Shown here piece by piece: positions 11,260 through 23,366 of a stretch of DNA of 64,000 nt. The stretch is from Oopsacas minuta (lineage: Eukaryota > Animalia > Porifera), in NCBI GenBank assembly GCA_024704765.1, contig JAKMXF010000222.1:1616400-1680399 (forward strand), in the 5' to 3' direction. The notes beneath the pieces are model-generated. The model was not told where the DNA came from. It worked only from the letters and a program-made list of their open reading frames with translations, and made no database searches. A program made the position numbers and the translations under genes. Numbering within the stretch: position 1 is the stretch's first letter; each line of letters begins with the position of its first letter.

Positions 11260-14030
11260 ATGATGACTATTATATAATTAAGAGCATCATAACTTGAATC
11301 ATTCAAGATTAAGCGTATGAAAATTTCATTGTTAGAGTACGGTGGGTATTGCTTATACCGATTATAACATATTTTACCACTCTCAAGTCCCAAGGGTGTT
11401 CTTATAAGGAATAACTGCTGTATCCAGGAGCTAGGAGTGTCCTTTTGGACATCTCCAGCTGCTTTGTACTCAATAAGTTAGTTACGTATACTATTTACAT
11501 TACTTAGGTTAACTTAACTCAGCCCAGCTTTGATTGAAGAAACGATGAGAACTACAAAATAGATATTTAACTTAGATGCAGGCACGATCGATTTGGTCCG
11601 GTTACCAATAATGTCTAGACCAGTGCTCTACAAATTATTTAGATCCTGCATGGAGGTTATCTACTAGGTTTCGAAAAATGAGTAAAATGGTGGCTAATCG
11701 CCACCAAATATATATTCGGTGGCTTCATGTAGCCATCAACAAATTTTGATTTTGTCGAGTACTGGTCTAGACTTTACATGCTAACTAATGGCAATGCTAT
11801 GCTAACTCTGCGAAAATTGGACCATTTATTTACCCCATTCTCACTGTACTAACCAATTTAAAGTTGGTCTGGTTGAACCTGACCAACCGGCCCATCGCCT
11901 GCTGCCATAAGAGAGAGATATGTCATATGTGTAAACTGAAGAATAGTTATTAGCTTATAATGACATCATGCAATTAATCCGCTGGCATTTAACCTCTGTA
12001 AATCTTGAAATCTGGATATCCTCTTTTCGCAAATCCTGGGATCGCCCCTGGCCTTGATTAAAACGGAGTGCACTCCGGCTTCAGGTTCAGGAAAAATGGA
12101 GCGCGCTCCTTTTCACTCTTTCAGATTTACGTTAGTTTTGTACTTAAGTAATCAGGATTGAATTTAACCATTGTACATTCGGGAATTACTAAATGTGCAT
12201 TGTCAAACCATTTCAATAAATTGTGAATTATGCAAAATTGTCCCTATACACACACTTTTTATAAAATAATACTGAATTTAGTGCAAAATACGATGAAATT
12301 TGTAAATTGTTGTAATTACATAGGAGCGCTCCTTAAAGCTCTGATTAATTGATAATTGTTGTATATGATCAATAGTTACAGGAATCTGTTTGAAATTTTG
12401 AATAAATGTCCATAACAATGATGAAGGAATGCACCAACATAGAATCAACCTCTTAACATTTTTTGATAAGTTCTAAGCAGGATTATATTATTGCTATAAT
12501 CTAATCCTGCTGGGTTAAAACTGCCTTGAATTCTCCTCCGAATCTTCTCAACTAGGCCAATACGCAAATAACGCATTCACAGTATTGGCTCATGGTTCAG
12601 TGATATACTCACTTTCAGTTTTATGATACAAATACACACCAAAAAGATCATATTTTATCAGTATCAGAGCATATTATATTGAAAGATCTTGTATATCTTC
12701 TGGTCAAGCAGGTAGGGTACCCTTCCTTGTAATACGTCATTATTTATATCTATTAATGAATTATTTAATTAACTTCAATTGAAATTATAGCTTTGTTTCT
12801 CTTTCGATTAAATACAATTTTTTCAAGATAGATATTTCAGATAAAATAACAGCAGTACATACTACCACTACTCCTTACCGAGTATATCCTTATTGAATTA
12901 TGAAAGTAATGCATTACGTTATGTTTACTTATTGAATTATCTAGAATATACCATACAACTTTATCTATTGGAATTGAAATATATTAATTATGTAATTACA
13001 TAATATCCGTTTTGTTATACACATCACTCAATTTCAATGAAATTATTTCCACAAATATCCTATCTCTTATTAAACGCAGGTAAAGTTCCTCTATTATGTT
13101 CTACACGTTTACTTCAAAAATTGTAAATATTTATACCTACGTATTCTTCGACCTTGGTATATTAATTTCTAACTCTGTGTGTGTGATAATTATATAAACT
13201 AATAATACAGTATTGTATAATATTTGTTATGTACGATGATAAAACAAAATATTTTGTGCAACGTACTATGTGTATGTAGGGGAGTATGACTTTTGTGAAC
13301 GGAGATGTTTGAGTGAAGATTATTTGTACACAAACTTCGTACTTGGGAGTAGTGAGATTTGTGAATTAGTGAGCTAAAATCCACATACTTTTCAATTGTA
13401 AGCAATATCTTAATAAATGCGACAAAAATTCAATTCAGCAAGTAGATATCGATTCAAAATACGCAATTCTACAATCAGGAGGTAGTCACATATCCGGACT
13501 ATTTCCAGGAGCAATGTTGGCACTTATCAAAGGTAAAAAAGCTAGTGCTATGTCTGTCACTGATATACTCGTACACAAACGTCTCCCTCGGTATGTAGAC
13601 AACTAGACAACTCCCAACCACATAGAGTTTGACTTACATCATATTTTGCAACTGCAAATATAATTTCATAAAAAAAATATGATTAGAACTGCTTAATAAT
13701 TGTTTATCTATGTGACATTGCATTGTTTTATTCAATGTGGTCATATTTTGATGATATTGCCACCAGTAAAAACGTGTGATAGTAATTATTTGTTTGCATT
13801 CATTTTCATAAGATGAAATTTAACTTGTGCAAATCCTTATGCACAGTTGTGCACGAGTGTGCACGTGCATACACCTACATATTACAAAACAACCTTGTTT
13901 TTGTTCAAAGTTTATTGCTGAATTTGGCAGAATTTATTAACTGACATCATAGCCCTGCTGCCATACATATCGCAATATTCAATGAACTACCATTATTATT
14001 GCAGTTATCTCTTTTCATTCGATAGTAAGA
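11260..14030 (+). pseudogene. MCMDC2: MCMDC2-like (MCM-domain meiotic recombination gene) pseudogene
   Basis: Colinear fragments: II*LRAS*LESF...YCLYRL*...QELGVSFWTSP (11269-11476); IDLVRLPIMSRP (about 11590-11625); phase-consistent exons 12619-12711, 13080-13122, 13280-13368, 13439-13590 (CERRCLSED...VLGSSEICEL, FPGAMLALIKG); QSLLLNLAEFIN*HHSPAAIHIAIFNE (13813-14025). Order matches recalled MCMDC2 motifs (LIYLDRSGGLQKF, YAVYRF, AELGNHILHQP, LQEDRKFRVLG, CLLMSLVQ...LDILIIT). Confidence 0.65.
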
Positions 14031-15576
14031 CGGTAAGAGTTTAATTATGCAATATATTTATTCTATGTGGTCCCTGTCCTACCAGTCACATATATTGATA
14101 ACTAAAAAGAAACTTATTTAATATTTCTATGTGGTGTTGGACACTTGAACCCTTGAATGTATGTACTGACTGTAATTCAGATAAGTGTTGAATTCATCTA
14201 TGCTTTGTTGATTAATGATAGCTAATTGAGCTATATAACTACGTTAATAACTGAATATGTAGATTATAGACACTGTTAATACATATCTACGGATAGAATA
14301 ATGTATTTGTCCCCTTAATACGAATTCTGAATGAATAAATATTTTGTATGGTTATCTTCTATTTTCTTTCGTTTGCTTTTACCATTTCCATAAAAACATT
14401 CACAAAATAAACATATTTGTTGTAATTCCGCAATCATCCTTTATCCAAGAAACTATACTTTCATTCCAACTTTCATATAATTATTCATTAATACCATAGC
14501 CATATGTAACGCGTGTTTTATTAATTATGACTCACCATTAGATAATGCCCTATTATCATATAAACTCAATGTCTTACTATATCCTAGCTAGCTAGAATAT
14601 TACAACTGTGGCTAGCCACTGTTGTAGTTCTGATATCGTATGCTACGCTGTAATGCAATTATGTGGAAGTCATACATTTTTATTAAATTACATACATTCT
14701 CTTCTATTCATGTGACCTTGTAAAGTTAATATGGGACATTAACCTTTACATATATTTAATCATTGGTTTCTTATGATTTCTATTTACAAATCTTTTAGAC
14801 TAGGCATTATGTATAATATAGAAACATACAAACAAATCTCGTACCTGAACTACCACTCGTGCTATTTCCATACTTACCAACTCCTTATAATATTTTCCGG
14901 GATTATATTTGCCAAATTCTTGGATATACTAAAAATTCCATGAATTTCCTAGGAAAAATGGATACAGAAATAATACAAAATTTTCCTAGATTTGATGTAA
15001 AATCCAGAATAATCCATGGATCCTGAGAAGTTTGGCAAGTAAGTACTATTTTAGTCTTGTAAATATTGCAATTTCCCGCATTCTCATTAGATATCATTCC
15101 TGTGATTCATGTTCAATTTCGTGTGTGATGGAACCGCTTTATTTTGGAACTCTCTTAATCTCAGCCAGGTGTGGGTAATGCCCTATAAACATGTTGGACA
15201 CTTCATCTGACAAGCTTCTTCATGCCTCATATATGTTAAAACCGATATTTCATACCAAACTATCAAGTCTTGAAGGCCTGCATATCGCTCAGCAAAACTG
15301 TGATACGAATTCTTCAGTTACAACTCCAATGGAAATGTGTAACTCTAACTGTAGTTACAAAACTCTAAATGAAGATTGTTAATTATTTAATTAATTAGGT
15401 CTGAATCATTTCAAGCCATACGTACATTCCTTCTGAGCTAATTTATCTCCAACATTATTCAGTAACTACTGTTTCATTATTCAATCTTATACAATCGAGT
15501 ATAAATAAGACTTCATTCGAGTATAGCAAAGAATTATAATATATATAATCAATTTGATCAAAACAATTAGTAAAAG

Positions 15577-16845
15577 ATGAATCACTGTCCAACAGAAGTA
15601 TTATCCTATCTTTCACATCCTCTGATAAAAGTACCTGAGAATGTTGCTGACAATCTGACTGTACTAGATGGAAACTTGCTGCCTGTATCAGAACTAACTC
15701 AAGAAGAGTGTCAGCTCTTGAGAAGAGTCAAAAACACAAAAGTAAAACTAGAGATGGAGATTCATGGATTGGAAGCTCAACTCTTGAAGAAGTGTAACGG
15801 TGCTCCTCCCCAGATGGGAGAGGTGGAGCGTCGGCGGAGACAGCTGATGAGCAGTGGGAGAAGTCTCTTCAACGAGTCTCCCAAGAAAGGAATCCAATTC
15901 CTTGTAAAGCATCAATTTCTAAACAATACACCAGAAGATGTAGCTGGTTACTTTTTCAACGAGAAAGGACTCGCGAAAAAAGCAATAGGCGATTTTATCG
16001 GTGACAATGACACGTTTAATATTGAGACTCTCCACTCATTTATTCGTCTTCAAGACTTCAGAGGAAAGCTGTTGGTAAAAGCACTACGAACTTTCCTACA
16101 ATCTTTCTATCTTCCTGGAGAAGCACAAAAGATAGATAGGATAATGGAGGCGTTTGCTAAGGGGTACACTTTTCAAAATCCCTGCCTCTTCCAGAATTCT
16201 GACGTGTGCTATGTACTCTCCTTCTCACTTATTATGCTAAATACACAGCTACATAATCCTGCAGTCAAAAACAAGATTTCTTTACCCGGATTCATTTCCA
16301 TGAACAGAGGTATTAACGAGGGTGAAAATCTTGATGAAGGAATGCTAGCAGAACTTTATCGGGACATTTTAATAACTCCTTTCCGCCCGCCTAATGATGA
16401 GTCACGTGATTTCCTAGATACTTACTATAACCCAGAGAGGGAAGGATGGCTAAGGAAGGAAGGTGGAAAACATAAATCTATAAAAGATAGGTGGTTTATC
16501 CTTAACAATAACTGTCTGTACTATTTTGTACATCAGGGAGATATAGAACCTAAAGGGATTATACCACTAGAAGACGTGTCTGTGAGAACTGTTCCTGATA
16601 AGCCTAACTGTTTTGAAATATTCTCAAACACACCATTAGTGAAAGGAGCGAAAACTGATTCAAACAAGAGGATGGTACCAGGACACCATCAAGTGTACAG
16701 ACTAATTACACGTACTGAAAAGGAGAGTCAGGATTGGATGGGTGCTGTTGAAGCTTGTATTATATCCTCTCCTATTCACAAACTGCTCGAGAGCAGGAAG
16801 AGCTTACTATTCTTACATGAAGCTCACAACATTTCTAAATACTGA
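15577..16845 (+). CDS. CYTH: Cytohesin (Sec7 + PH domain Arf-GEF), intronless
   Basis: N-terminal coiled coil; Sec7 motif FYLPGEAQKIDRIMEAFA and IMLNTQLHNP; PH domain PEREGWLRKEGGK...RWFILNNNCLYYF. Confidence 0.96.
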   Translation: MNHCPTEVLSYLSHPLIKVPENVADNLTVLDGNLLPVSELTQEECQLLRRVKNTKVKLEMEIHGLEAQLLKKCNGAPPQMGEVERRRRQLMSSGRSLFNESPKKGIQFLVKHQFLNNTPEDVAGYFFNEKGLAKKAIGDFIGDNDTFNIETLHSFIRLQDFRGKLLVKALRTFLQSFYLPGEAQKIDRIMEAFAKGYTFQNPCLFQNSDVCYVLSFSLIMLNTQLHNPAVKNKISLPGFISMNRGINEGENLDEGMLAELYRDILITPFRPPNDESRDFLDTYYNPEREGWLRKEGGKHKSIKDRWFILNNNCLYYFVHQGDIEPKGIIPLEDVSVRTVPDKPNCFEIFSNTPLVKGAKTDSNKRMVPGHHQVYRLITRTEKESQDWMGAVEACIISSPIHKLLESRKSLLFLHEAHNISKY

Positions 16846-17012
16846 AAATTAAATAATTCTTCTCCAGTTGTAGAAACTAATTTGTATATTTTCGTAATTC
16901 TGGCTTACTGTTATTTCTATTTCATTTTCTATTCATAATTATGAACGATTGAGATACCTACTTGTGTGATATATATTATCTTAACAAATAGGACAGGTTT
17001 TAGTTTCTAATA

Positions 17013-17267
17013 TAGTAGACCTTCACTAATCCGAACAGGGCCTAGAGCTTATATAATCTTTGGAAAATTGTTTCAAACGTAAAAACGTATCCGATTTTGG
17101 CGATTAATATCTAATACTATATTACGCATGTTGGTCCCCATTCCATCGTTTGTACAACTTTCGAAAAAGTCCTCCCAGATTCTATAGTATTGTTTCAAAG
17201 TTTCTCTAATCCGAACGTATTATTTTGCAATCGGAACAGTGGTGTTCGGACTAGCGAGGTTATACTG
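17013..17267. mobile_element. Tc1/pogo-type MITE
   Basis: Imperfect TIRs TAGTAGACCTTCACTAATCCGAAC and GTTCGGACTAGCGAGGTTATACTG with TA context; the termini resemble those at 6449-6690. Confidence 0.55.
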
Positions 17268-20200
17268 TACGTAGTTGTCATTAGTTGTCTATATAGTACT
17301 TATTGACAATGGTGTTATAACGAGTTATAACTTATAACTGCCCCTTCCAACGGCCCTATAGCTCCTGAGGGTAAATTTCTATAATAATTAATGAACAGCA
17401 CTGGTTGCTATGAGAACAACCGTAAATGTACCTAAAAATTATCACTATTAATTATAAAGAACTAGAGAACACTGTATATTCCATATACTCATTAAGATCG
17501 ATATTATGAACCGATTCGATGTTCGGTGAATCAGAATTGCAAACTGGCCGGGTTGTCTCGCGGCCTGCTCATCGAACATGGGTCATTTTACTGATCATAC
17601 ATCAAGTATTTGCTAACTTTAAGTAGAGGGGTTAACATCGTTTTCATTAAAGCCGGCCGGGTCCGCGGTTAGAAATTTCAGCCAGCGTGCAACTTTGCGG
17701 TGAATATTTCCCATAACATGACTATCCGTATTATGTCTATCATGGAGTCAATAATTTTCTGAGTCTATGGAAGGAATTCAGTTTAATAGAAACGTTTAAA
17801 ATTTCGCAAAACTATCTATGTTGCTTCTTTGTAGGCTTTTGTTGAGATTTTACAGGTCTAATTATTTTATTATTTATTCTCTTAATTGACATTCAGTAGA
17901 CATGTTATTCGTAATCATAGTTATGAAACTTACTGATAAATATTTGATAACACATTGTCAATTTGGCTTCATTAAATTTCCCAGATTTATCGTTTTTCAT
18001 TGGCTCGACTGTTTGTTTTCTGTCTGTCTATCATGTTCTAAAATTGTACTACATAGTGTGAATCTAATTAATGTACGGATGAGGACATTTGTAGATCCTC
18101 AATAAACTTATCGCAACCTTGATCCCCATCCTGGTCAATTTAGCGAGACAATTACATGAATATAGTAAGCTTGAACATAGAATGCTATGGTTTGAAATAT
18201 TATCAGTGACTTCTCGACAATCAAGATGAAGTCAGTAACTTAGTATAATTAAAATGAATGTGTTTAATGAGGGAACATATTTATTTTGGCTTGTGCAAGA
18301 TTAAATGTATATGGAAGAAATACCAAAAGATCGTAAATAATAATGGTCGCGTTTTTGTTGAAATACGATCGTGAAGACTTTTATGAAGTTTTAATTTGAT
18401 CCAGAAGCCATTGGCCTCAATTGTACGTGCACCAGAATTCGACAATTTCCATACTCTGAATCGAATCACTAAAATGTAAGTTTTTATTGAGCTTATTTGT
18501 AGAAATATAATTAGCGGTAATACTAGGAAATTGTATAGTGAGGAGTTTCAATAAATACTTTTGTATTATGTGACAAATTCAGTATTCTAATGTATTCATC
18601 AAATTGTTATTTCTGAATTGTGTCAATAAAGAGGTTGCAAACATTGAAATTTGTATTCAATCACACTTTATACTGTAGGATGTGGTTAATTCATTTTCAT
18701 TCATTTTCGAAACTATTCTAAATTTAGGTATGCGTTGGGCCGAGCTCGGGCCGAAAAGCTCGACCCGTTGCGACCTCTACAGTATATTATGATCCATAAT
18801 TCCTAACTCTACAATTATTGATCAATTTCCTGCGTCGCTTAAGATAAATTAGTTACTGAATAACATTATTAATGATAAATTTATAATCATTGTACTATTG
18901 TTTACGAAATACATTTACTTCTGCAACTTTACAATAACACAGATCAACACCTAATGTAGTATTATAAACTGCAAGAGAAACTTTAATTTAAGGAAAGTGT
19001 AATGCGTAAGGAATTAGTGTAAATGGGTTAAAATATATGTGATGGAATTAGTGTAGTCAGTTTTCTGTTAAGAGAGATCATTAGACTTTGATTATTCAAC
19101 AAATCATTGATAATATAATATATTAACGAAAAGATCTTGCATCTAATTATCCTTTATCATATTTTCTATGTAAAATTTCTTAATGTATTTAGCAATTATA
19201 ACCACGTGTCTGATTTATAAATTAGAGCATGTTTAATGATTTTGCAAAATTATTGTTATCATTTTTACACGTACACTAAGTGTATATAATGAAATATTGA
19301 TTCAGAAAATTAACCTCTATTAACCTAACAGTAATTGTAATTATTAACCTACGTATGTTATAGTGATTGTTCTTTTTCTGTTTAACTGATTTGAATTTTA
19401 ATTACGTATATTGAAACCGACTCCGAGATCTCAAAATTGCAGTAAGAATGTTTTATTTATAATCAATTAAGAAAATTATATGTGTATATCATCGATTTTA
19501 TTCAGGAAAGGCAATGTGGATTTTGGAATTATTGTAGAGGGTGAGCAGGCCAGAAGCTTTTGGTCTATATCATGTACTTCTTGGACTATGAAGCACTTTG
19601 ACAGAAAATTTCCTGCACCATTGCCTACATTATACATGACCGTAAATGTCACCGAGAAGTAGTGTCTCCAACGCTTTGCTTTTAGGCTATGTGCATGGAA
19701 AAACCATGAGACCTGTTTTCTTCAAGCTTTGGAAATATTATCCTGTTCTAAGAATATTCTCTCAATTCTTGAATAATCTCGCCTCAACTTTCTTGTTAAT
19801 ACGTATATTATAGTTTTCTAATAACAACTATTTACCTACATAACACAATTTTATGATAGCTTAGGATTTTACAATTTCATTTGGTATTACAGGGATGCTA
19901 ACTCTGAACTATCATGAGTTACCCGCAGATTTTTTGCAGCTGCAGAAATGCCAAATCTCACGGCTTAGCGAGACGCCAGGTTGGCATCTATGTGTAACGC
20001 TACTGGGCGAGAAAGACAAAATAATAGAAGGGCGATTTACTTTTTGAATATTACATTTCTTTTAAGTATTAATGTAACAAAATCAAATTTATTGAAAACT
20101 TAGTAACTAATTTCCACGAATCCTACCTGATTGCTCTTACTATTTTCCAAGAAAGTAGTATGTGCTATACATTATTTTAGAGTCCTTCTGTGTAAATATA

Positions 20201-21718
20201 ATAATCTGCGTCTAAATAGTACTGTGTGAAACTAGTATAATAGTGTGTTAAATCAGCATAGAAGTCGTAGATAAGAAATGTCCATGGTTAGTGTGATTCT
20301 AGCATGAAGTAGCTGGATTACCGGTTACGTAACAGGATGGAGGTTGGCATCCTGTTGGAAAATAGAATACTAGTGTGAAACTAGCATGAATACTATGTAT
20401 CCATGGTTTGAGTGATCCTAGCACGTGTGTGATTCTGGCATACAACAGGACTTATTTACTATCAAAATGGTACATCTTTCCTGGTTTCTATATCACAACC
20501 AAATAGAAATTATCCTAACTCTGTGACGATACTTAAGAAATCCATAGTTAATTCCAGTTGCGTAGCCAGCTTTGTAGAATTGGAATGGCTGCACCCACAA
20601 TACGTTATTATATTATCTAATACTCTATCAGATCCAAACTGTTTAAGGCGCCTAAATAAATAGAATATTAAACATTATCTAATCCGGCGTGTTATAATCC
20701 CTGGTGACCACAAGAGAGCTTCCTGAAGACTGTTAGCAGTGGAAGATAGGGATGTTATGTGGGTTTGTCACATCATAGGGACTCTTCAAGAAAGTAATTA
20801 CCCCTCGATCACCTTATTGTCAGGAGTGTAGTGCAGGGGGCGGCGTTCCCCACTAATTTTCAGAGATAGCGCGATTAACTTTAGACGGAAAGTACTTGGT
20901 GCATGCCCAAACAGGCATGCACCAAGTAATACCAACGACAATCATATAAGTTAATGACGACTTAACTCACCATCTTGTTAAACTCGGCGATTATCCCCAT
21001 GTTACGTAATTTACTATTCTTACTTTAAAACTCCTTGTTATCTCACATATATTTCATTGTTTGTCTACACTCTATGTCACCGTCCAAATTGAGTATTTGG
21101 CGTCTACTCAATTTGGACGGTAACACATACACTGAAGCACATTGTGCATGTGGTATGTGTGATATACTTCGCAATACATTGACGCAAAGCTGCAAACATA
21201 ATGCATTGCATTGAGTCCTTGACACATTGACGAGGGACCATGTTCACAAAAATTCTAAATCAATTTCTAAAAATATTGCTACTTATCGAGCTGGAGTCTG
21301 TTAGACTCATTTCATTCTTTATTTATTGAAATAAGTCGAAACACACTTCGGCTTTGTCAATATGTACAATTGTACATGATAAGAACATTTTGAGAGGCAA
21401 TACGCATTGTAGTGGATTTTTGAAGGCAGGGGCGAGGTTACAAAGTTTCGGCCCGCGTGCAACTATGCGACCAACAGTCATCAGTCAAGCTATCATAACA
21501 TACGTATAACATTTGTATATTTTCTATATATTGCTATATCTAAATAGGTAATTTCTCTACTTGTTCATAATTATGGGCAAATCAGATGTGGGAATAGCTT
21601 ATCACACAAGTTGTGTGATAAGCTATTCCCAGATCTTTATCAGTTATCACTCACGTATTAATTATACGTATACACTTATTTGCGTCATTAATAGTGTTTT
21701 TATTAATTACTATTACAG

Positions 21719-22343
21719 TCTGTACCAATCACCAATTCAGAGGTCAATACAATCTGTTAATGGCATTAATTACACTTTAGTATAATCCTACCATCATAAT
21801 TTTATTATACGTAACATCACAATCATTGCTTTCTATTTTTAATTAACCTCAAATTAGTGATAGAGAATTATTAATTTCATGTATTGTACTTAGCCATGGT
21901 AAGGGACATTATTCTCAAAGATGTATCTATACTTTAAGATAGTAGCGTAGTAACAATCTAGTATGTACATAGCACATAGCTATCTAATATAATGAACATA
22001 TATGCAAGGTAATTTTATTAAAAACATCCAAATAAAACGTATAATCTGTTTATGTAATATTATTCGGCTGATTAGCTCTGAGAAAACACCACAAGGCCAG
22101 TAAAATAGAAAGAGTCAAATTACTTCTAGTCCCTTTCATTAACTTGGATCACCGTATATATAAGAAGCATTCAGGGTTGTTAATTATACTATATCGATTA
22201 TTACACTATTCAAAGCCAGGTGAAAACAGATTATTTATTTTCAATATTACCTTTGCAAAAATTTCTATTTTACAAAAGTATTGAGATCTATTTTCTGCTA
22301 TTTATGGGATATATTATGCTATGTGGAAGAAGATAAATTATAA
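21719..22343 (+). pseudogene. Decayed spliced gene remnant with weak resemblance to the MEI4 C-terminal half
   Basis: Exon-like blocks 21719-21779 (TNHQFRGQYNLLMALITL), about 21894-22008 (VRDIILKDVSIL*, several stops), 22076-22219 (open, phase 1-1, DHRIYKKHSGLLIILYRLL) and 22279-22343 (RSIFCYLWDI..*). The last two introns are 59-67 bp. The MEI4 identity rests on recalled motifs only. Confidence 0.35.
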
Positions 22344-23366
22344 TAAGGTGAGCAATGACTATATTTAATTACTTATTATTCCTACATAACATCAATCAGC
22401 TGATGAATAAATTTAAATATTGAATATTCCATGGTATATACTAATATTTAATAAGCATGTCGAGGTCAATACGATTGTAAATTCCGCAGAATATAAGCTA
22501 CAGCTGTATTCTTATACATACAGTGTATAAATACAAGTTGTATAGAAAATGAATTAGCTAATACACTTTACTAGCCAAAGTTCTTATTAGTATAATTTGT
22601 GGAACATTAATGTAACCAACATGGAATATCTCGTCTCTTAAATATTAATATATGTAATTGTAATTATATTTATAAATTAATTCATTTAAAAGAGGAATAA
22701 TGTGATAAATTGCAATTTTGTGAAAAGGGTTTGAAGAAATGTTTATCTGTCTACGTAGTGAGATATGTCTTCAACTTCCAGCAGGTGCTTAAATCTTACA
22801 TGTGAGATCTGTTCAAAGCAGAGACTCTTAATGCCTTTTGTGTAAAACGAATTTACAGAACAATTGTCCATTAGAACTGGATTACTTAGACTAATCAAAT
22901 AAATTTATAAATGAGCTCACACCAGATGGCGACTAGACAGTCAGATGTATTACTTTACTGTATTGGTTGTTGATATGGGGAATGTCTTTGGGGGCGTGAC
23001 CATATATTTTCTAATTAGAAGCTTTTCAGATAAATATTAACTATACTATATATGGGAAATTGATATTTTCTATCTGCGATAAAATCCACAAATCGATTGC
23101 ATTACCCATTAACTAATGTGCTGTATCTCACACTTGTATTATTCTTGTAAGAATAATACGCTATGATTGATACATTTACAATTATGATAATTTAATTATC
23201 ACAATAGAATAACACAGACCAGATTCCTAACTCATGTTGATTTATCCAGATGAACCCTCTTTGTCTAGTCTACCATCTCATGAACTTTGAGAAATTCTTA
23301 TTTATTTATTAATTTAAATATTAATTTATAAAGTTTACTCATCTCTAGCACAATAAAAATCTGAAA

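Noticed and set aside
18090-19800. WD40-like decayed frames on the minus strand (IRFRVWKL, ATIIIYDL, LLLGDIYGHV)
   Set aside because: The motifs lie in different frames with many stops and cannot be distinguished from chance without a search.
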